Below, piece after piece: positions 7,857-14,601 of a stretch of 14,601 nt of DNA (the first letter of the stretch is position 1; every line of letters begins with the position of its first letter). The DNA comes from Candidatus Eiseniibacteriota bacterium (GTDB lineage Bacteria > Eisenbacteria > RBG-16-71-46), in the NCBI GenBank assembly GCA_031364845.1, contig JANLWX010000233.1, positions 1 through 14,601 of the forward strand. Direction: 5' to 3'. The notes under the pieces are model-generated. The model saw nothing but the letters and a program-made list of their open reading frames with translations, made no database searches and had not been told where the DNA came from. A program made the translations under genes and the position numbers.

Positions 7857-8657
7857 ATGCGTCGTACAATTTCGGTATTCAGCCTTGCGTTGCTGTTGGG
7901 AGCATCGTTGGTCGGTTGCGCTCAGAAGACGGACGAGACGGTCCTTTCCGACACGTCGACCGACAGCCTGCTGTCGACCAATCCGGTCGAGCAGCCCCAG
8001 GGCGATCTGACGCCGCAGGAGCAGTACCAGTCGGATCCGCAGACGCAGTCGCCTCCGGCGCCCGTGGCCACGAAGCCGCGTACGCCGGCCCCGTCGCGTC
8101 CCAAGCCCAAGCCGAGCTCGCCGCCGGTCGTCGAAACTCCGTCCGGCGTGACGCTCGCTTCGGGAACTCCGATCGACGTCGCGGTCAACACGCAGATCTC
8201 GACCAAGACCGCCCAGGTCGGCGACAGCTGGAGCGGCTCGGTGAAGGAGAACGTGATCGTCGGCAACACGGTCGTGATCCCGGCGGGCAGCATCGTGTCG
8301 GGTGTCGTGAACGTCGCGAAGCCGGCGGCCGGCAAGGGCACACTCGCCACGCTCGGCCTGGCGGTGCGCTCGATCTCGGTTGGCGGTCGTGACCACATGG
8401 TTGCGGCGAGCACCGAGCCGATCGAAGCCGGCTCGCCCCGCGCGCGCAATCTCGGCGCGATCGCGGGCGGCGCGGCGGCGGGTGCGCTGATCGGCAAGGC
8501 GGCCGGCGGCGGTGGCAAGGGCGCCCTGATCGGCGGCCTCATCGGCGGTGTCGCTGCAGGCGCCGGTGTCGCAGCCTCCAAGGGCTACCAGGTCGAGTTG
8601 AAGGAAGGTACGGTCATCACCTTCTCGGTCGATCAGAGCGTGCTCGTCAAGTCCTAG
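7857..8657 (+). CDS. lipoprotein with Pro-rich linker, VirB10/TrbI-like beta domain and glycine zipper
   Basis: Start reassigned to ATG 7857 (SD AGGAGG). Lipobox MRRTISVFSLALLLGASLVG-C; PAPSRPKPKP linker; LASGTPIDV...VVIPAGSIVSGVV beta domain; GAIAGGAAAGALIG...GALIGGLIGGVAAG glycine zipper; VELKEGTVITF closing strand. Confidence 0.85.
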   Translation: MRRTISVFSLALLLGASLVGCAQKTDETVLSDTSTDSLLSTNPVEQPQGDLTPQEQYQSDPQTQSPPAPVATKPRTPAPSRPKPKPSSPPVVETPSGVTLASGTPIDVAVNTQISTKTAQVGDSWSGSVKENVIVGNTVVIPAGSIVSGVVNVAKPAAGKGTLATLGLAVRSISVGGRDHMVAASTEPIEAGSPRARNLGAIAGGAAAGALIGKAAGGGGKGALIGGLIGGVAAGAGVAASKGYQVELKEGTVITFSVDQSVLVKS

Positions 8658-8685
8658 CGCGACGCACGAATTCACTTTCGTAATC

Positions 8686-8727
8686 ACGGGCGTTCGGCCA
8701 TTACCGGCCGGACGCCCGTTGCTTTGT
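8686..8727 (+). terminator. intrinsic terminator after the 7857 lipoprotein
   Basis: ACGGGCGTTCGGCC-ATTACC-GGCCGGACGCCCGT forms a 14 bp stem with one G-U on the plus strand, followed by TGCTTTGT. Confidence 0.7.
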
Positions 8728-8808
8728 CCGCCGGCGCACGTTTTCGCATTGCACTTTGTCCGTGGCGGTACAGCGCAATATCACCCACGCCCCGCGCCCG
8801 TTGCTTTG
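8713..8808 (+). repeat. 14 bp direct repeat CGCCCGTTGCTTTG
   Basis: Exact copies at 8713-8726 and 8795-8808. CTTTGTCCG also recurs at 8722 and 8754. Confidence 0.7.
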
Positions 8809-8832
8809 CAAGGGCTTGCGGGTCCCGGTCCG

Positions 8833-8848
8833 TGGCATGTCCAGTGCA
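8833..8848 (+). promoter_or_regulatory. sigma54 (-24/-12) promoter candidate
   Basis: TGGCATGTCCAGTGCA: GG-N10-GC with a close match to TGGCACG-N4-TTGCA, about 60 nt upstream of ATG 8910. Confidence 0.6.
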
Positions 8849-8909
8849 ATTCAATTCCTCCAGAGACGGCATCACCGCCGGACGACCGGCCCCATCGGAG
8901 GAGAACATC

Positions 8910-9875
8910 ATGAACAAGTCGATGATTCGCGTTTACGCACTCGTGCTCGGGATGGCGAGCCTCACCGGCTGCAGCCAGACCGGCACCCCGGTGAGCAGCT
9001 CCGGCGGCGGTTGGAGTGCCGAGCAGGCTTCGGTGTCGAGCACGCTTTCGAGCACTCCGGATCTCATCGACGATGGCCAGATGGAGTCCGAAGACGTTGG
9101 CCTCGTGAATGCCGGTCCCGCCGCCGATGGCGCACTCGCCGCGATACGGCCCTATCGTTTCTGGAGGACGATCGACGGTATCGAGCGCCGCTTCGAGTTC
9201 GCGTTTGCCGACTCGGATTCCGCGGGCCGCCCGACGACCGCGGTCGTCACCGTGCACAAAGTGCTGCGCGGCTCGTTCAACATCGTGGCCGGCGCCCCCG
9301 GTGAAGACGGCGCCCCCGGCGACTCCTCGCGCCGCCTCGTGCGCAAGCGCCTGGTCGATCATTGGACGCGCCGGATCCTGCTCCGGCGGGTCGAGCGGCA
9401 CAACGGTGAAGGCGGCGAGGGTACCGACAGCGTGCGCTGGCGGGTCGCGGCAACCTCGGCGGTGAAGGTCCGCTCGGCCCTGCCGGAGAGCGACGCCGGC
9501 CATGCGAAGATCCTCAGCCTGCGGGTTCAGTCGGGTGCGGTCGACACCACGCTCTCGAATCCTCTCGAGTTCTTCCACCTGCGTGGCATGTTGAAGCTCG
9601 ATCCGGGCGCCGAAGTCGCCGTGACGGTCACGACCGAGCGCGCCGACGACATCGTCCTGTTCGTCCGTCACAACCAGCGCGTGCGTCTCGAGCCGAACGG
9701 CGACAACACCTACTCCGGTCACTTCACGGTGCCCGACGAGCGTGGCGTGCGTCACTTCGGCGTGAACGTGCTCGCGCGTGAAACGCTGTGGGACGACGCG
9801 GCACCGTACAACTCGATCGCCTGGATCTTCCCGTACGCGGTCGTGGGCGAGCCGATGGCGGAGTACCGTCCGTAA
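8910..9875 (+). CDS. uncharacterised lipoprotein
   Basis: Start reassigned to ATG 8910 (SD GGAGGAG 8897-8903). Lipobox MNKSMIRVYALVLGMASLTG-C, Ser-rich tether, beta-rich body. Confidence 0.85.
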   Translation: MNKSMIRVYALVLGMASLTGCSQTGTPVSSSGGGWSAEQASVSSTLSSTPDLIDDGQMESEDVGLVNAGPAADGALAAIRPYRFWRTIDGIERRFEFAFADSDSAGRPTTAVVTVHKVLRGSFNIVAGAPGEDGAPGDSSRRLVRKRLVDHWTRRILLRRVERHNGEGGEGTDSVRWRVAATSAVKVRSALPESDAGHAKILSLRVQSGAVDTTLSNPLEFFHLRGMLKLDPGAEVAVTVTTERADDIVLFVRHNQRVRLEPNGDNTYSGHFTVPDERGVRHFGVNVLARETLWDDAAPYNSIAWIFPYAVVGEPMAEYRP

Positions 9876-9895
9876 CCGAACACGGGAATGCATAC

Positions 9896-9928
9896 GAAGG
9901 GCGCGGCGAGCACATCGCCGCGCCCTTC
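9896..9928. terminator. strong hairpin between convergent genes, probably a bidirectional terminator
   Basis: GAAGGGCGCGGCGA-GCACA-TCGCCGCGCCCTTC is a perfect 14 bp stem. U-tracts are weak on both sides. Confidence 0.6.
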
Positions 9929-9972
9929 ATGCTTGTCCGAGATCATCGCGCCGGCGCTCCTCGCCCGCGCCA

Positions 9973-10509
9973 TCACGCGTCGTCTTCCGCCTCACCGTTC
10001 GCCGGCTTCCCCCGCCGGAACAACTCGGCCCACTCCTCGAGCTCCTTGCGCGACAGCGTGGGCGGCTTGATCTCGGTTTCCGCGGTCGAGCCCACGTCCG
10101 CTGCGGTCCCTCTCGGTCCGAGCGCGCTCGCCAGGAACAGGTCGGACATCGCGATGTCGGCACCCATCGCTCGTGCATGGCGCGCGACTTCGAGATCGGC
10201 CGTGACCACGGTGAGCCGGTCGACGCGCTCCACGCGCTCTTCGACCAGGCGCCGGATCACATCGTCGGCCTTGTCCGGCGGCTTCGAGTAACGCACCTCG
10301 ACGCGCGCCGTGCCCGTGTCCTCGTCGTGCACATCGCTCGCACCGTCGAACACGACGAGGAACTTGGCGTCGCCCGTTCCGATCGCCCATGCGAGCAGGT
10401 TGAGCAGCTTGTCGCGGGACTGCTCGAGTGAGCGATCCGCTCCCGGCCGCAGCGTCGGAGTGCGATGGATCAGGTTGTAGCCGTCGATGATGATCAGGCG
10501 GTCGGACAT
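9973..10509 (-). CDS. NYN domain protein, YacP/Rae1-like putative ribonuclease
   Basis: IIDGYNLIH, VVFDG, VRYS...KADDVI and VVTAD give the conserved acidic PIN/NYN residues. C-terminal LSRKELEEWAELF helix. Confidence 0.88.
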   Translation of the reverse strand: MSDRLIIIDGYNLIHRTPTLRPGADRSLEQSRDKLLNLLAWAIGTGDAKFLVVFDGASDVHDEDTGTARVEVRYSKPPDKADDVIRRLVEERVERVDRLTVVTADLEVARHARAMGADIAMSDLFLASALGPRGTAADVGSTAETEIKPPTLSRKELEEWAELFRRGKPANGEAEDDA

Positions 10510-10510
10510 G

Positions 10511-11758
10511 CTACGGCTGTCCGCCGGTCACCGTGTGCACGATGGTTCCGTTGGCACCCACCGCCCAGCCGCGCTGGGCATCGACGAAGAACACATCCTC
10601 GAGCCGGAACGCGGAATTCGCGAGCTGCGGCAGCCACGAACTACCGTGGTCGTCGCTGCGGAGCACCGCTCCACCGGCATTGGAGCCGACCGCAAATCCT
10701 ACCGCCGGCACCGGGAAGCACACTCCGTAAAGATCGAACGCGGCACCGGCGTTCGTGAGCAGCCAGCTCGCGGAGTCGGCCGAGGCCACCGTGCGCGGCA
10801 CCACGCCCGCCGCACCCGCCGCGTTCGCGCGCGCCACCGAGGCGCGCCACACCGCGCGCAGGCTGGTGGCGGTCACGGCGGGCTGCACGGTGTACCACTT
10901 GAGACCGCCATCGTGCGTTCCCAGGATGACGCCGTTGTCGCCGACCGCCCAACCTTCGCGTCCTCCGGTGAACGAGACGCTCTGGAGGTCGAACGCCGTC
11001 GGCGTCACGCGCTGCCACGACACGCCGCGGTTGGCGGTGCGCAGGATCACGCCGTCGGCACCCACCACCCAGCCGGTGTCGCGGTGTGCGAAGTGGACAT
11101 CGTTCAGGTGCTCGCTGGCGCCGGCGCTCAGCAGGCGCGTCCACGATCCTCCGGAATTCGTGGTGTGCAGCACGGTGCCGTTGTTGCCCACCACCCATCC
11201 TTCGGCGTCACTCGTGAACCACACCGCATTGAGCGCGGTGCTCGCACCGCTGCTCTGCGACAACCACTCGGCGCCGCCGTCCAGCGTGCGCAGAATGCGA
11301 CCACCGTCACCGACCGCCCAACCGCGGCTTCCGCCCGGCCGGAAATGCACGCCGTGCAGCACAACGGCCACTCCGCTGGTTTGCGGATACCAGCCGCGCA
11401 CCGCCGGCGTCACGACGACCACCGCGGAGTCGCGCGCGGTTCCCGAAGTCACGAGCAGCCACGCCACACCTTCTCCCACACCGAGCACGCGGCCGGTGGC
11501 ATCGACCGTGAACACGCCCGAGTTGCCGCTTTCGAAATCCAGATTCGCGGTGACCGCGGCCCCGTTGCTGTCGTAGGCCGCGACCGTGAACCGGAAGCCG
11601 GCATCCACTGCGACGCGCGCGGTATCCGGACTCAGCGCAAGCGAGTCGGCGTCGACGGCCGCGGGCGGGGAAGTCGTGGAGGTGCTGTCGCAGCCGAAGA
11701 TCATCATGAGCGTCAGCGCGATCGCGCAGACGCAGGTCATCCCTATCGAGCGTTTCAT
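10511..11758 (-). CDS. lipoprotein with an Ig-like (Big_2-type) domain and a YCF48/BNR-repeat beta-propeller
   Basis: Start placed at ATG 11758 (GGAGG 9 nt upstream). Lipobox MIFG-C. Ig-like segment FESGNSGVFTVDATGRVLGVGEG. Repeated L..V.F....GWAVGD.G.ILRT.DGG..W blades. Confidence 0.88.
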   Translation of the reverse strand: MKRSIGMTCVCAIALTLMMIFGCDSTSTTSPPAAVDADSLALSPDTARVAVDAGFRFTVAAYDSNGAAVTANLDFESGNSGVFTVDATGRVLGVGEGVAWLLVTSGTARDSAVVVVTPAVRGWYPQTSGVAVVLHGVHFRPGGSRGWAVGDGGRILRTLDGGAEWLSQSSGASTALNAVWFTSDAEGWVVGNNGTVLHTTNSGGSWTRLLSAGASEHLNDVHFAHRDTGWVVGADGVILRTANRGVSWQRVTPTAFDLQSVSFTGGREGWAVGDNGVILGTHDGGLKWYTVQPAVTATSLRAVWRASVARANAAGAAGVVPRTVASADSASWLLTNAGAAFDLYGVCFPVPAVGFAVGSNAGGAVLRSDDHGSSWLPQLANSAFRLEDVFFVDAQRGWAVGANGTIVHTVTGGQP

Positions 11759-11791
11759 CGGAACCATCCTCCAGGGTGTGGCGGGAGCGCG

Positions 11792-11797
11792 ATACTA
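11792..11797 (-). promoter_or_regulatory. possible -10 hexamer (TAGTAT) for the propeller-NYN operon
   Basis: TANNNT about 20 nt upstream of the SD on the minus strand. Confidence 0.35.
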
Positions 11798-11867
11798 GCG
11801 CACCGAAGCCGGCGCGGGCGATGCGCACGATCCGCCGCATGCCGCTGTCGCGAGGACGTGTTCGTAC

Positions 11868-11876
11868 TGCTAGGAT
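11868..11876 (+). promoter_or_regulatory. possible extended -10 (TGCTAGGAT) for the ABC operon
   Basis: TGn-TAGGAT in the divergent intergenic region, about 90 nt before ATG 11965. Confidence 0.4.
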
Positions 11877-11964
11877 CGTGCCATTGCGTGTTCCGCGTCC
11901 GCCCGCGAGGGGCAGGCGGCCGGGACACTCGCTGCCCCCGCTCTTTGCCCCCTACGGGAAATCC

Positions 11965-12909
11965 ATGCTCGAAGTTCAGGATGTGACGAAGAGTTACGAC
12001 GGCCGCGCGGTCGTGAACCATCTCTCGTTCGAGATCCGCTCCGGCGAGATCTTCGCGCTGCTCGGACCGAACGGTGCCGGCAAGACCACGCTGATCCGCA
12101 TGATCACCGACATCCTCAAGCCCGACTCGGGCAAGATCACCTTCGATGGAATGCCGATGGGACCGGCGCGGCGGCGTTTGATCGCCTATCTCCCCGAAGA
12201 GCGCGGGCTCTACCGGCGCTCGAAGGTGATCGACGTGCTCGAGTACTGGGGCACGCTCAAGGGACTGTCGGCGGCGAACTCGCGGCGCGAAGGGCACACG
12301 CTGCTGAAGCGCGTCGAGCTCGAGGCGTGGGCGGACAAGCAGGTCCAGGCGCTGTCCAAGGGCATGCAGCAGAAGGTGCAGCTGTGCACGGCCCTGATCG
12401 GCAGCCCGCGCCTCATGATCCTCGACGAGCCGTTCAGCGGCCTCGATCCGGTCAACGTGCAATTGCTGCAGGACATCCTGCACGAGCGACGCGCGGACGG
12501 CGTGACGGTCATGCTCTCGACGCATCAGATGAACAAGGTCGAGGAGCTGTGCGATCGCGCGCTCATGATCTACAACGGACGCATGGTGCTGTATGGACCG
12601 GTCCGCGAGATCCGCCGCCAGCATGCCGACCATGCGATCACGGTGCGCACCCACGGCGATCTTCACGGCGTGCCGGGCGTGCAGTCGGTCGAGACCTTCA
12701 ACGGAGCGCACAAGCTGGTGCTCGAAACGCAGGCAACGCCGACCTCGGTGCTGCGCGCGCTGCTCGATCGCGGCGTCGAGGTGGAATCGTTTGCGCTCGC
12801 GGAGCTGCCGCTCGAGGACGTGTTCGTGAAGGTCGTGCGTGAGGAACTCGGCGTCGACGCCACCGCCGCGCCGCCGCAAGCACTCGCCGCTTCGGGAGGT
12901 GCGCGATGA
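11965..12909 (+). CDS. ABC-2 type transporter ATP-binding protein (YhaQ/NatA-like)
   Basis: Start reassigned to ATG 11965 (MLEVQDVTKSY). Walker A GPNGAGKTT, YLPEERGLY, signature LSKGMQQK, Walker B MILDEPFSGLD, H-loop STH, and a C-terminal PLEDVF motif. Confidence 0.95.
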   Translation: MLEVQDVTKSYDGRAVVNHLSFEIRSGEIFALLGPNGAGKTTLIRMITDILKPDSGKITFDGMPMGPARRRLIAYLPEERGLYRRSKVIDVLEYWGTLKGLSAANSRREGHTLLKRVELEAWADKQVQALSKGMQQKVQLCTALIGSPRLMILDEPFSGLDPVNVQLLQDILHERRADGVTVMLSTHQMNKVEELCDRALMIYNGRMVLYGPVREIRRQHADHAITVRTHGDLHGVPGVQSVETFNGAHKLVLETQATPTSVLRALLDRGVEVESFALAELPLEDVFVKVVREELGVDATAAPPQALAASGGAR

Positions 12910-14189
12910 ACTGGAGCCAGGTGCTGACGATCGCCCGCCGCGAATACAAGACGACCGTGCGCCGCAAGGCGTTCCTGTTCACTGCCATCGGCACGCCGCT
13001 CTACTTCGGCCTCGTGATGTTCATTTCGATCGGCCCCGGCGTGAAGGAACGGCTGTCGACGCTCAAGGAATTCACGTCGCTCGCGGTGGTGGATTCTTCG
13101 GGGCTCTACGCCGATGCGCCGCGCGAAATCCAGACCGATCTCGCGCTCGAAGCCCCGCAGCTCGGCGCGCCGATGCCGTCGCAGATGGTGCGCACGAAGG
13201 TCGAGTTCTATCCGGATCAGCCGTCCGCCGAGAAGGCGCTGCGTGCGGGCACCGTGAGCCAGGTGCTCGTGATTCCCGCCGACTATCTCGACCGCGGCGC
13301 ACTGCGACGCTATGCGCGCACTTCGAACATGTTCTCGAACGCGGACCGCCGTCCGATCGCGACGTGGCTCGTGCAGGGCATGATTGGGCGGCAGCTCGAT
13401 TCGACGCGGACCGCGCGCATCGCCCGCCCGACGCTGGGGCTCGACATGTATTCGATCGATCGCAACGGACAGTTCGAGCTGAAGGACGACAAGCGCGAGG
13501 TCGTCGACTTCATGCTGCCGTTCGCCTTCGCGATGCTGCTGGGCTTGAGCATCACGGTCGGCGGACAGTATCTGCTGCAGGGTGTGTCGGAGGAGAAGGA
13601 ATCGCGGATCCTCGAATCGCTGCTGTGCAACATCACGCCCGAGGAGCTGCTGGGTGGGAAACTGCTCGGCCTCGGCGCGGCCGGCCTCACGCTGGTCGCG
13701 ATCTGGGTCGCGATGGGAATTCCGGCATTCGGCGCCGGCGCGCTGCTCGTGAAGCCGACGCTGCCGGCAGGCATCGCGTTCATCGCGCTCGCCTACTTCA
13801 TGCTCGCCTATCTGTTCTACGGGAGCTTGATGACCGGGATCGGCGCGATGACCAACAACATGCGCGAGGCCCAGCAGTTCGGCGTGTGGTTCTCGTTCAT
13901 GAACTTCGCACCGATGATCGCGATGACCATGATCCTGAGCCGCCCCGGCTCGCCGCTGGCGATCGGGCTGTCGCTGTTCCCGCCGACGGCGGCGACGGCG
14001 ATGATGCTGCGCCTGATGGCTCCGTCGTCCGTGGTCCCGGCATGGCAGGTGGCGGTGTCGCTGGTGCTGCTGCTGGGGGCGGCCTGGTTCGCGCTGCGCT
14101 TCTCCGCCCGGGTGTTCCGGATCGGCCTGCTGATGTACGGGAAAACGCCGAGCCTGCCCGAGATCCTGCGCTGGGTGGGGCAGAAGTAG
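12906..14189 (+). CDS. ABC-2 type transporter permease (YhaP/NatB-like)
   Basis: ATGA overlap with the ATPase gene. N-terminal IARREY plus a TM helix, a large extracytoplasmic loop, VSEEKESRILESLL, GGKLLG, and several C-terminal TM helices. Confidence 0.93.
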   Translation: MNWSQVLTIARREYKTTVRRKAFLFTAIGTPLYFGLVMFISIGPGVKERLSTLKEFTSLAVVDSSGLYADAPREIQTDLALEAPQLGAPMPSQMVRTKVEFYPDQPSAEKALRAGTVSQVLVIPADYLDRGALRRYARTSNMFSNADRRPIATWLVQGMIGRQLDSTRTARIARPTLGLDMYSIDRNGQFELKDDKREVVDFMLPFAFAMLLGLSITVGGQYLLQGVSEEKESRILESLLCNITPEELLGGKLLGLGAAGLTLVAIWVAMGIPAFGAGALLVKPTLPAGIAFIALAYFMLAYLFYGSLMTGIGAMTNNMREAQQFGVWFSFMNFAPMIAMTMILSRPGSPLAIGLSLFPPTAATAMMLRLMAPSSVVPAWQVAVSLVLLLGAAWFALRFSARVFRIGLLMYGKTPSLPEILRWVGQK

Positions 14190-14270
14190 CCTCCAACTTG
14201 CGGATTCCGGTCACGTTGTAACCAGTTGTTGCATTTTGCCGACAGTGTTCTGGCCGACCGGGCCCCGCGA

Positions 14271-14296
14271 GTGGCCACGAGAATTCTCTTGGCAAC
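14271..14296. promoter_or_regulatory. palindromic candidate upstream activator (enhancer-binding protein) site
   Basis: GTGGCCACGAGAATTCTCTTGGCAAC is self-complementary at 22 of 26 positions and is centred ~97 nt upstream of the predicted sigma54 start site. Confidence 0.45.
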
Positions 14297-14311
14297 GGGC
14301 ACCCGATGGCC

Positions 14312-14324
14312 CCACAATTACTTA
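14312..14324 (+). promoter_or_regulatory. IHF-like site
   Basis: CAA-TTAC-TTA matches the CAANNNNTTR core of WATCAANNNNTTR and lies between the palindrome and the -24/-12 box. A second, reverse-oriented match TAA-CCAG-TTG is at 14219-14228. Confidence 0.35.
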
Positions 14325-14353
14325 CAGACATTCTTCATCGTCATGAGCCCCTG

Positions 14354-14369
14354 CGGAACGGGACTTGCG
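14354..14369 (+). promoter_or_regulatory. sigma54 (-24/-12) promoter candidate
   Basis: CGGAACGGGACTTGCG: GG at 14355-14356, TTGC with GC at 14367-14368, exact N10 spacing. Predicted start near 14380. Confidence 0.6.
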
Positions 14370-14379
14370 ATGAGTCTGG

Positions 14380-14598
14380 GAGGCAATCGGTTACGGCCGG
14401 TTCCCAACTACATGAAAGCCTCAAGAGCCCGCCGACGGGCCAGTAAAGACCCGGGTCCGAGAGACCCCTGACCGCCGGTGGTATGGAAGCGCGAGAACAG
14501 GCACAAGCGCCGAGGTTGCCGCTTCCCTCTTGGATCGCGGACGTATCGTCCGCGAAGAAACGGGATCGCCCGGTCCATGGCCGGGCGCTTTCGTTTGT
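14380..14598 (+). ncRNA. candidate sigma54-dependent small RNA or terminated leader, family unknown
   Basis: Bounded by a promoter and a terminator, with at least five hairpins. No ORF with an SD is present. Confidence 0.5.
14567..14598 (+). terminator. intrinsic terminator
   Basis: CGCCCGGTC-CAT-GGCCGGGCG followed by CTTTCGTTTGT. Confidence 0.75.
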
Positions 14599-14601
14599 GG
14601 T

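Noticed and set aside
10511..11400. repeated DNA motifs such as CCGACCGCCCAACC as a possible repeat array or CRISPR
   Set aside because: They are degenerate and in frame, and are explained by the GWAVG beta-propeller blade repeats.
10487..11986. long antisense or off-frame ORFs (for example 10487..11986, 12839..14221, 11755..12879, 8781..9893, 4156..5277, 3996..4979)
   Set aside because: They are Arg/Ala/Gly-rich shadows of well-supported genes, expected in GC-rich DNA, and have no recognisable motifs.
14226..14471. 81 aa ORF, and its internal 19 aa ORF MKASRARRRASKDPGPRDP (14412-14471)
   Set aside because: The long form starts at TTG and runs through promoter elements. The short form has no SD. 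A leader peptide cannot be fully excluded without Ribo-seq.
14380..14598. 6S RNA, tmRNA or RNase P RNA
   Set aside because: There is no long end-to-end rod with a central bubble, no tRNA-like ends, and no GAGGAAAGTCC motif.
1..14601. mobile element, prophage or defence island
   Set aside because: No integrase, transposase, phage or recognisable defence genes. Composition is uniform and housekeeping genes (rlmD, pepA) are interspersed.

Overview
GC-rich bacterial chromosomal window. It shows no sign of a mobile element, CRISPR array, rRNA or tRNA. It holds 12 credible CDSs: a GAF/coiled-coil/GAF protein, a zinc-ribbon NUDIX hydrolase, an exported double-PDZ protein, rlmD, an exported hypothetical, leucyl aminopeptidase (pepA), two uncharacterised lipoproteins (one with a VirB10/TrbI-like domain and glycine zipper), a YacP/Rae1-like NYN nuclease, an Ig-like plus YCF48/BNR beta-propeller lipoprotein, and an ABC-2 type ATPase/permease pair. 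The most interesting signals are non-coding. (1) A complete sigma54-type promoter layout (palindromic upstream site, IHF-like site, -24/-12 box) lies ahead of a ~215 nt, hairpin-rich, nearly ORF-less segment that ends in an intrinsic terminator (14380-14598). This is a candidate undescribed sRNA or cis-regulatory leader. (2) A strand-specific structured RNA element follows the PDZ gene (2150-2314). (3) A second sigma54-like promoter sits before the lipoprotein at 8910. (4) A multi-hairpin leader partly buries the Shine-Dalgarno of the lipoprotein at 7857. All family calls are from motif recognition by eye; no searches were run.
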